From a virus (Duplodnaviria > Caudoviricetes): DNA of 64,000 bases. The stretch lies in the IMG/VR virus record IMGVR_UViG_3300043468_001158; one strand, written 5' to 3'. The notes below the pieces were generated by a model, which was not told the origin of the DNA, did not search any database, and was given only the letters and a program-made list of their open reading frames with translations. The number at the start of each line of letters is the position of its first letter. Positions within the stretch are counted from its first letter, which is position 1. Position numbers and translations under genes: made by a program. Of the stretch, positions 1 through 9,380 are shown in pieces.

Positions 1-2012
1 GTCAAAACTTTGACGAAGAATTCCTGAAAGACCAAATGTTGAACGACGATGACCTGAAAGTCGATAGTGAAGGTCGTCTGTTGTATATGGACAAAGGTCC
101 ATCAAAAGATGAACTTGCAGACCTTGCAAAAATTCCATTAATGCCAGCTATGGATGCTCCTACAGGCACTGACCTTTACAAACTGCATTCAAGACCTGGT
201 GCTTCAAAAGTTCTTTATTTGGACTTCACTGGTCCATATATCCCAGCGGGTACTGCTTGGTTAGGTGGTATGCCAATTCAAGCTGTTCCTTATACTCAAA
301 ACATTTATGCCATCTGGAAAGGTGTCATGGATGATTATGCTCCATTCGATGTTGATGTTACAACTGAACAACCTTCTGCTGAAGCAATGGAAAGAACTGA
401 TTTCTACGACAAAAATTTTGGTTTCAAAGTTGTTATTTCTGGTTCAACTGATATGGGTATCTGCCGTGGCATGTGTGGTGGTGTTTCATACGTCAATGTG
501 TTTGCTTCAGTCAATAACAAAAATGTCCAACCTTCATGGGTATTTTCTGAAATGTATCCGGTCAATAATAGAGAAAGATACATTGCAACAGTTATTTCTC
601 ACGAATCCGGTCATTCATTAGGATTGATGCATAAAGGTATTGGACCTCATGAAGGTTTTCAAAAGACCGATGCGTACTATGATGGTCGTTATCACGAACC
701 TTCAGTAATTCATGGTGCATTACGGACACATACCCCAATCATGGGTAGAGGTTACTATTCAGTCATTCCTCAATGGTCAGATGGTAGCTATAGTATGTGG
801 TCCAATAACAAACAAGATGATTTGGCATACATTGCAGAATCAATTCCTCGTATCCCTGCAGATACTACCAATACTAAAGAAACTGCTTCACCATTTCAAA
901 CTGCTAATGTAAGCAATGTCAATGGTGTTCGGACATACATCACAAAAACTGTAGGTCTAATCGAAGTAGCTGAAGATGTCGATTACTACACATTCGATGT
1001 TCAAAATGCGGCAAGTGATGTTGATTTCTTGATATCAAATTGCCAAGTTTGTGAAGCTACTGAAGTAATCAACATGGATTTTGGTAACTTGCATATCTTT
1101 GCAACCTTATACGATGAAGCTGGAAACGTAGTAAAAGAGTTCAAAGAAAAGTCGCCAAGTGTTAGAATCAATATGACTCTAAACCCAGGTAAATACTACA
1201 TTGCAATAACGTCAGGTTCTTATGCAAGAAAAATAAACCCAAATACTTACGACGAATATAGCTTCTTCGCAAATGGTGACCATGAAGGCTATACAAACCA
1301 TGGAAGCTTGGGTTACTATTCAATCACTGGTTACTACTCTTCAGGTCTGACTCCAACTGCTCCAAGTGCGATAATTGATGTAAACAAATCATCTGGAACT
1401 ACTCCTCTGACAGTAAACTTTAGCTCAGCAAGAACAGGTGGTGGTAATAGCACAATCACTTCTTATGACTGGGACTTCGGTAATGGTGAAACCTCAACAA
1501 TTGCAAATCCAACAACTACATTCACACAACACGGTGAGTACAATGTCTTCTTGACTGTCACAAACAAAGCTGGCTTTTCAAATACTACATTCATCCAAAT
1601 CAAAGTAACAACACCTCCTCCTCCAGTGTATTCAGGTGAATCCGTATCAGTAAAAGCAATCACTATCAATACTGCAAAAGCTGCTGGCTCAACTACTAAA
1701 GTAACTGCTTCAATCGCTCTGAAAAATAAATCCGGTAATCCAGAAATAACAACCTTAGTCACAGGAACATTCAGTGGTAACTTGACAACTGGTACAGGCA
1801 AAAAACTGAAAGTGGTATCAATCTTGAATAATACATTCAAAGCAAAACTGAACAAAAGAACACAAACATTAGACATAGCTTATCCAAAAGCACTGCCTAA
1901 AGGAGTGAAAGGAACACTGACCTTCAACATCTCAAGTATCACTCCAACATCAGATACAATCAAATATCAACCAGAGAAAAACATAACAACAAGTGCATTG
2001 AAAACCTTCTAA
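1..2012 (+). CDS. Zn-dependent metalloprotease (metzincin-like) with PPC-like and PKD domains; 5'-truncated by window edge
   Basis: HESGHSLGLMH = HExxHxxGxxH zinc motif; downstream 'IMG' Met-turn; PKD signature 'YDWDFGNG...TFTQHGEYNVFLTVTN'. Frame is open from base 3 (QNFDEEFLKDQ) into the tracked ATG at 36, so the true start lies upstream. Confidence 0.85.
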   Translation, partial: QNFDEEFLKDQMLNDDDLKVDSEGRLLYMDKGPSKDELADLAKIPLMPAMDAPTGTDLYKLHSRPGASKVLYLDFTGPYIPAGTAWLGGMPIQAVPYTQNIYAIWKGVMDDYAPFDVDVTTEQPSAEAMERTDFYDKNFGFKVVISGSTDMGICRGMCGGVSYVNVFASVNNKNVQPSWVFSEMYPVNNRERYIATVISHESGHSLGLMHKGIGPHEGFQKTDAYYDGRYHEPSVIHGALRTHTPIMGRGYYSVIPQWSDGSYSMWSNNKQDDLAYIAESIPRIPADTTNTKETASPFQTANVSNVNGVRTYITKTVGLIEVAEDVDYYTFDVQNAASDVDFLISNCQVCEATEVINMDFGNLHIFATLYDEAGNVVKEFKEKSPSVRINMTLNPGKYYIAITSGSYARKINPNTYDEYSFFANGDHEGYTNHGSLGYYSITGYYSSGLTPTAPSAIIDVNKSSGTTPLTVNFSSARTGGGNSTITSYDWDFGNGETSTIANPTTTFTQHGEYNVFLTVTNKAGFSNTTFIQIKVTTPPPPVYSGESVSVKAITINTAKAAGSTTKVTASIALKNKSGNPEITTLVTGTFSGNLTTGTGKKLKVVSILNNTFKAKLNKRTQTLDIAYPKALPKGVKGTLTFNISSITPTSDTIKYQPEKNITTSALKTF

Positions 2013-2029
2013 TCAAAAAGTGAAGTAAA

Positions 2030-2064
2030 AGAAAGGAGATGAATGTAAAGTTCATCTCCTTTTT
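2030..2064 (+). terminator. Intrinsic terminator after protease gene
   Basis: ggagatgaa-tgtaaag-ttcatctcc stem-loop followed by ttttt. Confidence 0.85.
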
Positions 2065-2123
2065 GCTATGTGATGAAATGACTAGAATATGAAGAGTAGA
2101 GAGGGAGAAACTGAATATAATAT

Positions 2124-2208
2124 ATACCCTTAGTCTGTCAGTTTTTCGGGTAATAAAATCAACTGCTTAGACATGAGCGAAATCAATTATATAGTCTGTC
2201 AGTTTTTC
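2124..2208 (+). repeat. 23-bp motif atacccttagtctgtcagttttt plus a second 17-bp copy; inverted copy at 30937-30959
   Basis: tagtctgtcagtttttc at 2131-2147 and 2192-2208; 2124-2146 equals the reverse complement of 30937-30959. Confidence 0.9.
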
Positions 2209-2353
2209 AAATGCTTTTCTTCAAAAACCTCATTTTTCTTCAAAAAGTACTGCCAGTTTAGTCATGAAAAAATAAGCATTTGAAAAATAGTATATAAATC
2301 AATAAGTTACGAATATAATGATAAATATTTTTAGTAATAAAATCAACTGCTTA
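2157..2353 (+). promoter_or_regulatory. Cluster of three IHF-consensus sites (WATCAANNNNTTR)
   Basis: AATCAACTGCTTA 2157-2169, AATCAATAAGTTA 2297-2309, AATCAACTGCTTA 2341-2353. Confidence 0.7.
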
Positions 2354-2418
2354 GAAAAAGATAAACTTCTGGTTTTACGATTTCTGCTAAACCTTTAGTG
2401 ATATATTAGACAGACATA

Positions 2419-2426
2419 TAAATACA
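2419..2426 (+). promoter_or_regulatory. T4-type late promoter
   Basis: Exact TATAAATA upstream of ORF 2494. Confidence 0.7.
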
Positions 2427-2493
2427 TTAGAGCATAAGCAATTTATTCCAAACCTCTTTCCACATAACGAACATACACACGGAGAATACTAAA

Positions 2494-3117
2494 ATGGCAT
2501 TCGAACTACTAAACGAATTGCAAACATTGATGCAAGAAGACAAATCAAAAAAACAACAAGAGTTCTTATTAGTAGAACGAGTTGATAAGTTGTTAGGTCA
2601 TCTACATGCGATGTTAGCAAACAAAGAAAACCCTCTTGAAGACGTAGACGTTGAAGAACTTTCTACTCAATTGGCTGGATTACAACTTCTTGGCAAGAAA
2701 GACCATCGTGATGCAATGGATGATTTCTCTAAACTTGACCAAGCAGGTGTGTCTAAAAACTTCTACAAATTTCTTGACCAAATTGATGACCCACGTCAAA
2801 CTCCAGACTTCAACGACAAACGTTCAGCTGATGACTTGTTGAAATACATTGCTACAACTCACGCACCTTCTGTGGTCAGTGATTGGAAGAATGCTATTGA
2901 AGCGGCACAAAATGGAGATGTGAAATCATTGGCAAAAATCAAAGATGCGGTCAATAAGATGTATACTTTCTATCAAGCACAATTCAACAAGTTACATTCG
3001 CACTTCAAAGTTGGCGGTTCATTTGATGACTTAGTGCCAGGTGCCGTTCCAGGTGCTTCAACTACTGGACCAGTGCCAGGAACCGTTCCTATGGACGCAA
3101 TGAAACAAGCTGCGTAA
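2494..3117 (+). CDS. Hypothetical late protein, possible internal head protein
   Basis: GGAG RBS, late promoter upstream, N-terminus MAFELLNE resembling a prohead-protease-cleaved leader. Confidence 0.75.
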   Translation: MAFELLNELQTLMQEDKSKKQQEFLLVERVDKLLGHLHAMLANKENPLEDVDVEELSTQLAGLQLLGKKDHRDAMDDFSKLDQAGVSKNFYKFLDQIDDPRQTPDFNDKRSADDLLKYIATTHAPSVVSDWKNAIEAAQNGDVKSLAKIKDAVNKMYTFYQAQFNKLHSHFKVGGSFDDLVPGAVPGASTTGPVPGTVPMDAMKQAA

Positions 3118-3133
3118 TAAACCTCTTCACTCC

Positions 3134-3173
3134 AATTTCAGAGACAGTTGACTTTTTATCTGTCTCTGAAATT
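3134..3173 (+). terminator. 14-bp perfect hairpin separating late gene from Ro60 operon promoter
   Basis: aatttcagagacag (3134-3147) / ctgtctctgaaatt (3160-3173). Confidence 0.65.
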
Positions 3174-3178
3174 ATCCG

Positions 3179-3207
3179 TTTACATATGTCACATTCTGTG
3201 ATAGAAT
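3179..3207 (+). promoter_or_regulatory. Sigma70-type promoter driving ncRNA + Ro60 operon
   Basis: TTTACA-17 bp-TAGAAT with extended -10 TG; predicted TSS about 3214. Confidence 0.75.
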
Positions 3208-3223
3208 ATAATCTCAAACTTGA

Positions 3224-3526
3224 ACAGTACGTATAAAGATGCGGTCTTCTTTCACTACCGATTAGTGATGATTATCTTAACTGACGTAGTTTCAGTTCTT
3301 GATTGAACTGACGTTTGCTGGTGGATGAGGCTAATCAGATCGTTGTTAGACCGAATGCTAACTATGAGACAGGATGAATTCTCCTGTGTAGGACGTATAG
3401 CTCTGAATAGTTATACTAGATTGTTGAAAAGAATACTCTCAAACGGGTTTCATTAGTATTTCTTCAATTGAAATCTTCGTTACTAGAATTTTGTAGTAAA
3501 AGAAGACCTATCTTTATACGTACTGT
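3224..3526 (+). ncRNA. ~300-nt structured ncRNA, candidate Y-like RNA (Ro60 ligand)
   Basis: 5' acagtacgtataaagat (3224-3240) pairs perfectly with 3510-3526; then G-U, bulged C3242, ggtcttcttt (3243-3252) pairing with 3499-3508, then 5 more bp; internal hairpins at 3260/3336, 3345-3362, 3369-3387, 3395-3416, 3424-3467; lies between the promoter and the Ro60 RBS. Confidence 0.75.
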
Positions 3527-3571
3527 GTCAAAACTTTTTGCTTTCTATTCTAAACAGGAGCCGTGATTCAT

Positions 3572-5203
3572 ATGTCAAATGCAACTAACCTCTACAAATC
3601 AGTAGTTCCAACTAAAGATTCTACTACTCCTCAAACTAAAGTAATTCCAGGTCGTGAAACCGAAATGGTTTCCAATCATGCTGGTGGTGTAGTCTTTGCA
3701 GTATCAGATATGATGTATCTTGACAGGTTCTTGATACTTGGTTCTGAACAACCAAGCTTCTATGCATCAGCTCAAAAGCTAACACAAGAAGCTGCGTCTA
3801 ATGTTATCAAGTTGATTGCTAAAGACCCAGTGTCAGTGGTCAATCGTGTGGTTGAAATCTCTAATGCTGGACGTGCTCCTAAAAACGACAGTGCTATCTT
3901 TGTATTGGCTCTTGTTGCAGTATCACCTAATAACGAAGCTCGTCAATTAGCTTTTGATGCACTTCCAAAAGTATGCAGAACTGGTACTCATTTGTTCCAA
4001 TTCGTTGACCTTATCAATTCAATGGGTAAATGGAATGCAGTGACTAAACGTGGTATTGCAAACTGGTATAACAGCAAAGATGTATCTCGTCTTGCATTTC
4101 AACTGTTGAAGTATCAACAACGTAATGGCTGGTCTCATCGTGATGTATTGCGATTGGCTCATGTAAAACCTGATAGCAACACTCGCTCTTCATTGTATCG
4201 TTGGGTAGCTGCAAAAGATAGCGAAGCAAAACGAATCGCTGCATATGAAGCTCCAAGAATTGTTGAGTTTCATTCAGCATTACATAAAGAGCCATCTAAA
4301 TCGTTGGCACTTGAATGTATCGAAGAGTTCGATATGACTTGGGAAATGTTGCCAACTGAACTTTTGAAAGATGTTGATATCTGGGCTGCTTTGATTCGTA
4401 ACATGGGTTATACTGCATTGCTTCGCAACTTGGGTCGCTTCTCTTCATTGGGAATGACTAAAGGTTTGTCTTCTACTTTGAAGGACATAGTAGCTGGTCT
4501 TAGCAATGTTGAAGCTTTGAAACGTGGAAGAGTTCATCCTATCACAATTTTGAATGCATTGAAAACTTATAGCCAAGGTCATGGTGACAAAGGCTCAATG
4601 AGCTGGGATGTTTCAACTCATGTGAAAGGTATATTGAACGATGTTTTCTATGAAGCATTCAACTTCATAGAACCAACTGGTAAAAACTTCTTCATTGGGG
4701 TTGATTGTTCTGGTTCAATGTTTGGAGCTAATGTTGTAGGATTACCAAACTTGACTGCTGCAGAAGTAGCAGGTGTGATGGCATTAGCAATCGCAAAACG
4801 TGAACCAAACTATTGGATTGGTGGCTTCAATACTAAGATGTCTGAACTGAAGATACATCCACAAATGCAATTGCCTGAAGTGCTGAAGGTCATCAGAAGC
4901 TTTTCATGGGGTGGTACAGATTGTGCATTGCCAATGATTCATGCAACTCAACATAAGATGGATGTCGATTGCTTTGTAACTATTACAGATAATGAAACTT
5001 GGGCTGGTCGTGTTCATCCAACTGAAGCACTTCGTGATTATCGTAAAGTGATGAACAAACCAAATGCTTGTAATATGGTACTTGGTACTTCAACTACTCG
5101 CTTTACTGTAGCTGACCCTAAAGACCCACGTCAATTGGACATCGTTGGATTCGATTCATCAGTACCTCAACTTGTATCGGAGTTTGCACAAGGCAACATA
5201 TGA
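3572..5203 (+). CDS. rsr: Ro60/Rsr RNA-binding protein (TROVE + vWA domains)
   Basis: Characteristic N-terminal 'NHAGGVVF...LDRFLILGSE', 'GRAPKND', 'KYQQRNGWSHRDVLRLAH', 'ALLRNLGR', vWA MIDAS 'VDCSGSM', 'GGTDCALPM', 'TDNETW'. AGGAG at 3556-3560 favours ATG 3572 over GTG 3563. Confidence 0.95.
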   Translation: MSNATNLYKSVVPTKDSTTPQTKVIPGRETEMVSNHAGGVVFAVSDMMYLDRFLILGSEQPSFYASAQKLTQEAASNVIKLIAKDPVSVVNRVVEISNAGRAPKNDSAIFVLALVAVSPNNEARQLAFDALPKVCRTGTHLFQFVDLINSMGKWNAVTKRGIANWYNSKDVSRLAFQLLKYQQRNGWSHRDVLRLAHVKPDSNTRSSLYRWVAAKDSEAKRIAAYEAPRIVEFHSALHKEPSKSLALECIEEFDMTWEMLPTELLKDVDIWAALIRNMGYTALLRNLGRFSSLGMTKGLSSTLKDIVAGLSNVEALKRGRVHPITILNALKTYSQGHGDKGSMSWDVSTHVKGILNDVFYEAFNFIEPTGKNFFIGVDCSGSMFGANVVGLPNLTAAEVAGVMALAIAKREPNYWIGGFNTKMSELKIHPQMQLPEVLKVIRSFSWGGTDCALPMIHATQHKMDVDCFVTITDNETWAGRVHPTEALRDYRKVMNKPNACNMVLGTSTTRFTVADPKDPRQLDIVGFDSSVPQLVSEFAQGNI

Positions 5204-5868
5204 AAATCGTAAGTCCGTTCAAAGACTACTATGATTATCTTGTAGGAGTATACGGCATAGATGAGTCTATTGTCTATGTTCGTAATACTCTTGCAAAAGG
5301 TTATGTTACGACTGAGAAAAAAGTATTTGACTTTCACCCATTTGCTATACCACCTGGTTATAAGACTAAGTATGTAGTAGTGAATGGGCGAAAGTATTTG
5401 TTTGTATGTCCTTCAAATTCTTATCTTGTAAAACCAAGATGGGAATTGTATGATTTCGATAAACATCATGGTCATGAGTTCATATCTCAACGATACTTTA
5501 GAAGGAAAGACCTTGAAGAACAACAAAAAGATTACATTGGTGGAACATCTCAAGCTCTAATTGACCTTTCAAAAGAAGTTGGAACTCCAGTGTTCAGTGT
5601 CACTGGATTTTCATGGATTGAGCGAAGCAAAAAGACTAATCGAAAATATGAATATGCGTTGGATAATGAAGTACCAATGCTGTCTGAACATGGCTTTCCG
5701 AATATCATCCCAGCAAATCAATTGTACCAAGAACTTGAACATTATTTGTGTAATGTATTACGGGATTCTCCTGATACAAAACCGCCAGTAACTATCAGCG
5801 ATAAAGATATGATTGAAAGCAAGGGCTTTGATAAAAAGATAAGCTTCCGTCATAGGAAGAATAAATAG
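5200..5868 (+). CDS. Hypothetical protein translationally coupled to Ro60
   Basis: ATGA start/stop overlap with Ro60 gene; 222 aa. Confidence 0.8.
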   Translation: MKIVSPFKDYYDYLVGVYGIDESIVYVRNTLAKGYVTTEKKVFDFHPFAIPPGYKTKYVVVNGRKYLFVCPSNSYLVKPRWELYDFDKHHGHEFISQRYFRRKDLEEQQKDYIGGTSQALIDLSKEVGTPVFSVTGFSWIERSKKTNRKYEYALDNEVPMLSEHGFPNIIPANQLYQELEHYLCNVLRDSPDTKPPVTISDKDMIESKGFDKKISFRHRKNK

Positions 5869-5896
5869 AATATTGAAACTCCCTTTATAGGAATAA

Positions 5897-6433
5897 ATGA
5901 AACTCAATGTCATAGTAGCACACGATACTAATCGTGTGATAGGTAATAGTAAATCAAACTCTTTGCCTTGGTACCTTCCTCCAGACCTAAAACATTTCAA
6001 GAAACTAACATTAGGTCATCCAGTGATTATGGGTAAGAATACTTATCTATCATTACCAAATCAAAAACCATTACCAGATAGAACGAATATTGTTATTTGC
6101 AGTAATCCTGACGAATTTGAATTCCCATATAATGAATATGAAAATCAAAAGGATTCACCAGTACTAGGTTTCTCTGATTTAACCCGAGCTATTATCTTCT
6201 GCGAAACCTGGTTACAAGCTAAAGAAGCTTTTGTGATTGGTGGAGCAAGAATGTATAATGAAGTATTGAAGAAGCATCAAGTAGATGTTGTATATCGAAC
6301 CTTGATTGATGGAACTTTTGAAGGGGATGTAAAGTTTCCAGAATTGAAAGGGGAGCAATGGGTGTTGAAACCCGGAGACCCCCTTGAATATGAAGGGCTG
6401 ACTTATTACTTTGACGAGCTTGTTAGGGAATAA
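5897..6433 (+). CDS. folA: Dihydrofolate reductase
   Basis: 'IVAHDTNRVIG', 'LPWYLPPDLKHFKKLT', 'VIMGKNTY', 'PLPDRTNIV', 'FVIGGARMY', 'FEGDVKFP'. Confidence 0.95.
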   Translation: MKLNVIVAHDTNRVIGNSKSNSLPWYLPPDLKHFKKLTLGHPVIMGKNTYLSLPNQKPLPDRTNIVICSNPDEFEFPYNEYENQKDSPVLGFSDLTRAIIFCETWLQAKEAFVIGGARMYNEVLKKHQVDVVYRTLIDGTFEGDVKFPELKGEQWVLKPGDPLEYEGLTYYFDELVRE

Positions 6434-7406
6434 CAAAAGTTTGAAGATTGTCAGATACATAATTGAAATTATGGGTTACTCCATTTACAATTATTCTAAT
6501 CAAACCATGTTGGTTTCGATTTCTAACTCCTAATGGATTACTTCTACTATATGTCGCAATGGTCAAAAGGTCCGTAATGTTATTGGTTCTAACAAAGTTA
6601 GAACCGCCACCTCCACCGTAACCTGTGGCATCTCCACCACCTCCACCACCTCCACCATAACCACCTCCACCACCTCCGGCAGAAGCATCTTCATCATTAT
6701 CATTTGAAATATCCCCACCGTTTCCGCCATAACCACCAAGACTATAACCCCATCCACGAGCGTGAGCGGAATTAGCTGCTGCCGCGTTACCACCTTTACC
6801 AGGAGTTGTTGGGTCTGTGTAAGAATCCCCTGAAGCTCCACTGCGTCTTATTCCTACACCACCGGCACCACCGGCACCATTTGCTCCAGCACCGCGACCA
6901 CTTGCATCAGCACCAGTTCCAGCATAACTTCCAGTTCCATCACCATTTAGACCAGCGCCATTTGCTCCTCCACCACCATCTCCACCTGCTCTATCGTTGC
7001 CGCTATAACCACCACCTTGTCCTCCACCACCACCTGCAATAGCAAGTAGAGTACCAGAAGAAGTTGTGATAGCTGAAGCACCACCACCTCCAGCACCATG
7101 ACCAAAAGTATTACCAACGTCTGGGTGTTCACCTCTACTAGCAACCCAAAGATTGAGTGACGTTCCACGTAGCATTTGTCCAGTTATTTGAACTGAACCG
7201 CCACGACCACCTACAGCAACACCACCACCTGGTGCTCCAAAAATTTGAAGGTCTATCGTTGCCCAATTCGGAAATACTTGTTCCCACACTCCGTTATGCT
7301 TTACGAAAACTTTTTGACTGTCTCTCCACACACCATTATGCTTTACCCAAATATGAGTTGGTTCTTTCCAAACTCCATTATGTTTTACTCTTGTAACAGA
7401 AGGCAT
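6423..7406 (-). CDS. Glycine-rich adhesin-like protein
   Basis: Three N-terminal VKHNGVW repeats, poly-Gly motifs (GGGGASAI, GGGYGGGGGG); sits directly after a fibre gene. Confidence 0.7.
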   Translation of the reverse strand: MPSVTRVKHNGVWKEPTHIWVKHNGVWRDSQKVFVKHNGVWEQVFPNWATIDLQIFGAPGGGVAVGGRGGSVQITGQMLRGTSLNLWVASRGEHPDVGNTFGHGAGGGGASAITTSSGTLLAIAGGGGGQGGGYSGNDRAGGDGGGGANGAGLNGDGTGSYAGTGADASGRGAGANGAGGAGGVGIRRSGASGDSYTDPTTPGKGGNAAAANSAHARGWGYSLGGYGGNGGDISNDNDEDASAGGGGGGYGGGGGGGGDATGYGGGGGSNFVRTNNITDLLTIATYSRSNPLGVRNRNQHGLIRIIVNGVTHNFNYVSDNLQTFVIP

Positions 7407-7426
7407 ATAAGCTATTTCCTATTCTT

Positions 7427-9331
7427 TTAGTACTGATACCAAATGTCGCCATCAATTCCGCCAAAAGGTGCTGATGTTGATACATAACGAGTTCCAACTG
7501 CATTGGTTCCTATAACATTTCCAGCACTTACAGAAAGTGGGCCATTCAATATTCCGCCAGCAACAGTTAGTGCTTTAGCGCCATTGACATATAAGTCTTT
7601 GTTTGGCATAACATAACGGGTACCATCATACACAAGTTTTGCTTCACCTGTATTACCTAACATCAAAGTACCTGAAGTTGTTCCAAGTTCTGTATAATGA
7701 ACCGTAACTTGAACGGAATCAAGTGCTACAGTTGCTACACCAACTTCCCAATCATAAGTTTCGGCATATATTCTAATGCCAATACCTTGAGGTCCATTGA
7801 CTGAAGAAGGACTTAGGTTATAACCCCATGTTGAATTGACTCCACCAAAAGTAATTATCCCACCAGGAGCAGCAATAAACTGCTGTTGATAATACTGATT
7901 AGAAGTTGCACTTGGAATAACCATTGATGCAATAAGAAACACATCAACTGAACCACCGGTTACATAATTAGTAATATTGACGGTTACACCAGTAATAGTC
8001 GCATCAGTTGGAATAGCAAATGCGCTAGTATGAAGTTCAATTGACGGTGTTTGATATAAAGCTGAAAGATTGTTTGATGCAACGGGTCCATTTGGACCGC
8101 CAAGAGCATTCGCAGCATTCGCCCAATCACCGGCATCGATAACTTGTGTCATGAACTGAGATGCAGTTTGTGGTGTCCCCAGACCATTGCCTAATATAGT
8201 CAAGGTATCTGACATCGTATCACCATCTTTTCGAACATAATCAGACGGGTCATAAGCAGCTAAAGCAGTTTGTACGAAAGCGGTAGTTGCAACTTTTGTA
8301 GAATTATCACCCGCAGTTGGAGTAATCGTAAATGCTCCACCTGCTAAGTTAGTATTACCTGAAATGTAGTTTTCGCCACTTGAACCAATAATCATTTCAC
8401 CATAAGGAGCACCCCATAAAGAAGGTTCAGCACGGAAACGTAAGTATTGAGCTCCATATAAAGCATGAGCAGTTCCGACTGATACCATACCTTGGTTGTT
8501 ATCAAGAAGTAAGGTATGAGCATCTCTCCCATAGTTTATCAAGCCTGGACCAGTTGGGTGTTCTGGTGAAGTAGCAATGACAAACATTCCAACATCAGTA
8601 GAATCAACCGTTACTCTTAACCCCTCAGTGCTCCAACCAACATAAACTTTATTAGTTGATTGATTAATACCACCACCTTGTTGAACAGGTGTGAATCCTA
8701 ATGAAGAAGTAATGTCACCTGCTGATAGAACTACATTACCAGTATGTCCATTGACGGAAAGTACTTCATTTGCAGAACCATCAAGTCTATCCCAAGCAGT
8801 ACCATTGTAAATTGCTGTATCACCAACATACCATTGATTGATACCTGATAAAGATGTGGTTCCTTGAACTGATACTACCCAGTACTGACCTTTAGTAGGT
8901 GAAGCAGAGGGAGCACTTCCAGAAGTAGCATTCCAAGTTCCTTGATAAACGACTGCACCTACAACTGAAGTAGGAAGAAGTGAAGCAGGAATTCGACCAG
9001 AACCATCAAGCCATGGCATATCAGGCAAATCGAAGTGGTCAATAACCACAACACCTGTCTTTCCATTGACTGATACTACATCTGAACCAACTGCATTTTC
9101 TTCACGAGATACTACGTCTATCTTATCACCAAGAACTGATGGAGTATAAAGAGTAAGCGTTGAACCATTAGGTGCAGAATACTGAGATGGTAATAAACGA
9201 TACCCATTCTGGTAGATTTCTACATTAGCCGGGTCGTAGTTCAATCCAGTAAAGACAGTTTGACCGGCAGTTGCAGTTTGAACATTTTGAGTCTTTAGGA
9301 AGTCGGGATAAGTTGTAACTCCGATATACAT
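7427..9331 (-). CDS. Tail-fibre-like protein
   Basis: Modules 'TATAGQTVF', 'YQGTWNA', 'DNSTKVATTAFV', 'YVRKDGDTMS', C-terminal 'STSAPFGGIDGDIWYQY'. Confidence 0.75.
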   Translation of the reverse strand: MYIGVTTYPDFLKTQNVQTATAGQTVFTGLNYDPANVEIYQNGYRLLPSQYSAPNGSTLTLYTPSVLGDKIDVVSREENAVGSDVVSVNGKTGVVVIDHFDLPDMPWLDGSGRIPASLLPTSVVGAVVYQGTWNATSGSAPSASPTKGQYWVVSVQGTTSLSGINQWYVGDTAIYNGTAWDRLDGSANEVLSVNGHTGNVVLSAGDITSSLGFTPVQQGGGINQSTNKVYVGWSTEGLRVTVDSTDVGMFVIATSPEHPTGPGLINYGRDAHTLLLDNNQGMVSVGTAHALYGAQYLRFRAEPSLWGAPYGEMIIGSSGENYISGNTNLAGGAFTITPTAGDNSTKVATTAFVQTALAAYDPSDYVRKDGDTMSDTLTILGNGLGTPQTASQFMTQVIDAGDWANAANALGGPNGPVASNNLSALYQTPSIELHTSAFAIPTDATITGVTVNITNYVTGGSVDVFLIASMVIPSATSNQYYQQQFIAAPGGIITFGGVNSTWGYNLSPSSVNGPQGIGIRIYAETYDWEVGVATVALDSVQVTVHYTELGTTSGTLMLGNTGEAKLVYDGTRYVMPNKDLYVNGAKALTVAGGILNGPLSVSAGNVIGTNAVGTRYVSTSAPFGGIDGDIWYQY

Positions 9332-9369
9332 ATGATAAGGTTCCTGTTATAAGAAAATTGGTATTAACA

Positions 9370-9378
9370 CTATTTATC
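9370..9378 (-). promoter_or_regulatory. Late-promoter variant GATAAATAG
   Basis: ctatttatc on + strand, ~40 nt upstream of ORF start 9331. Confidence 0.45.
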
Positions 9379-9380
9379 TT

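Noticed and set aside
3189-3201. CRP site in the Ro60 promoter spacer (tcaca-ttc-tgtga)
   Set aside because: Half-sites are in the wrong order and spacing versus TGTGA-N6-TCACA
3260-3420. Hammerhead ribozyme or C/D-box RNA (ctgacg, gtgatga, ctga motifs)
   Set aside because: No CUGANGA...GAAA core with correct stems; C/D-like words are short and expected by chance in AT-rich sequence
3224-3526. tRNA or YrlA-type tRNA-like domain
   Set aside because: No GTTCRA T-loop, cloverleaf or CCA end found by eye
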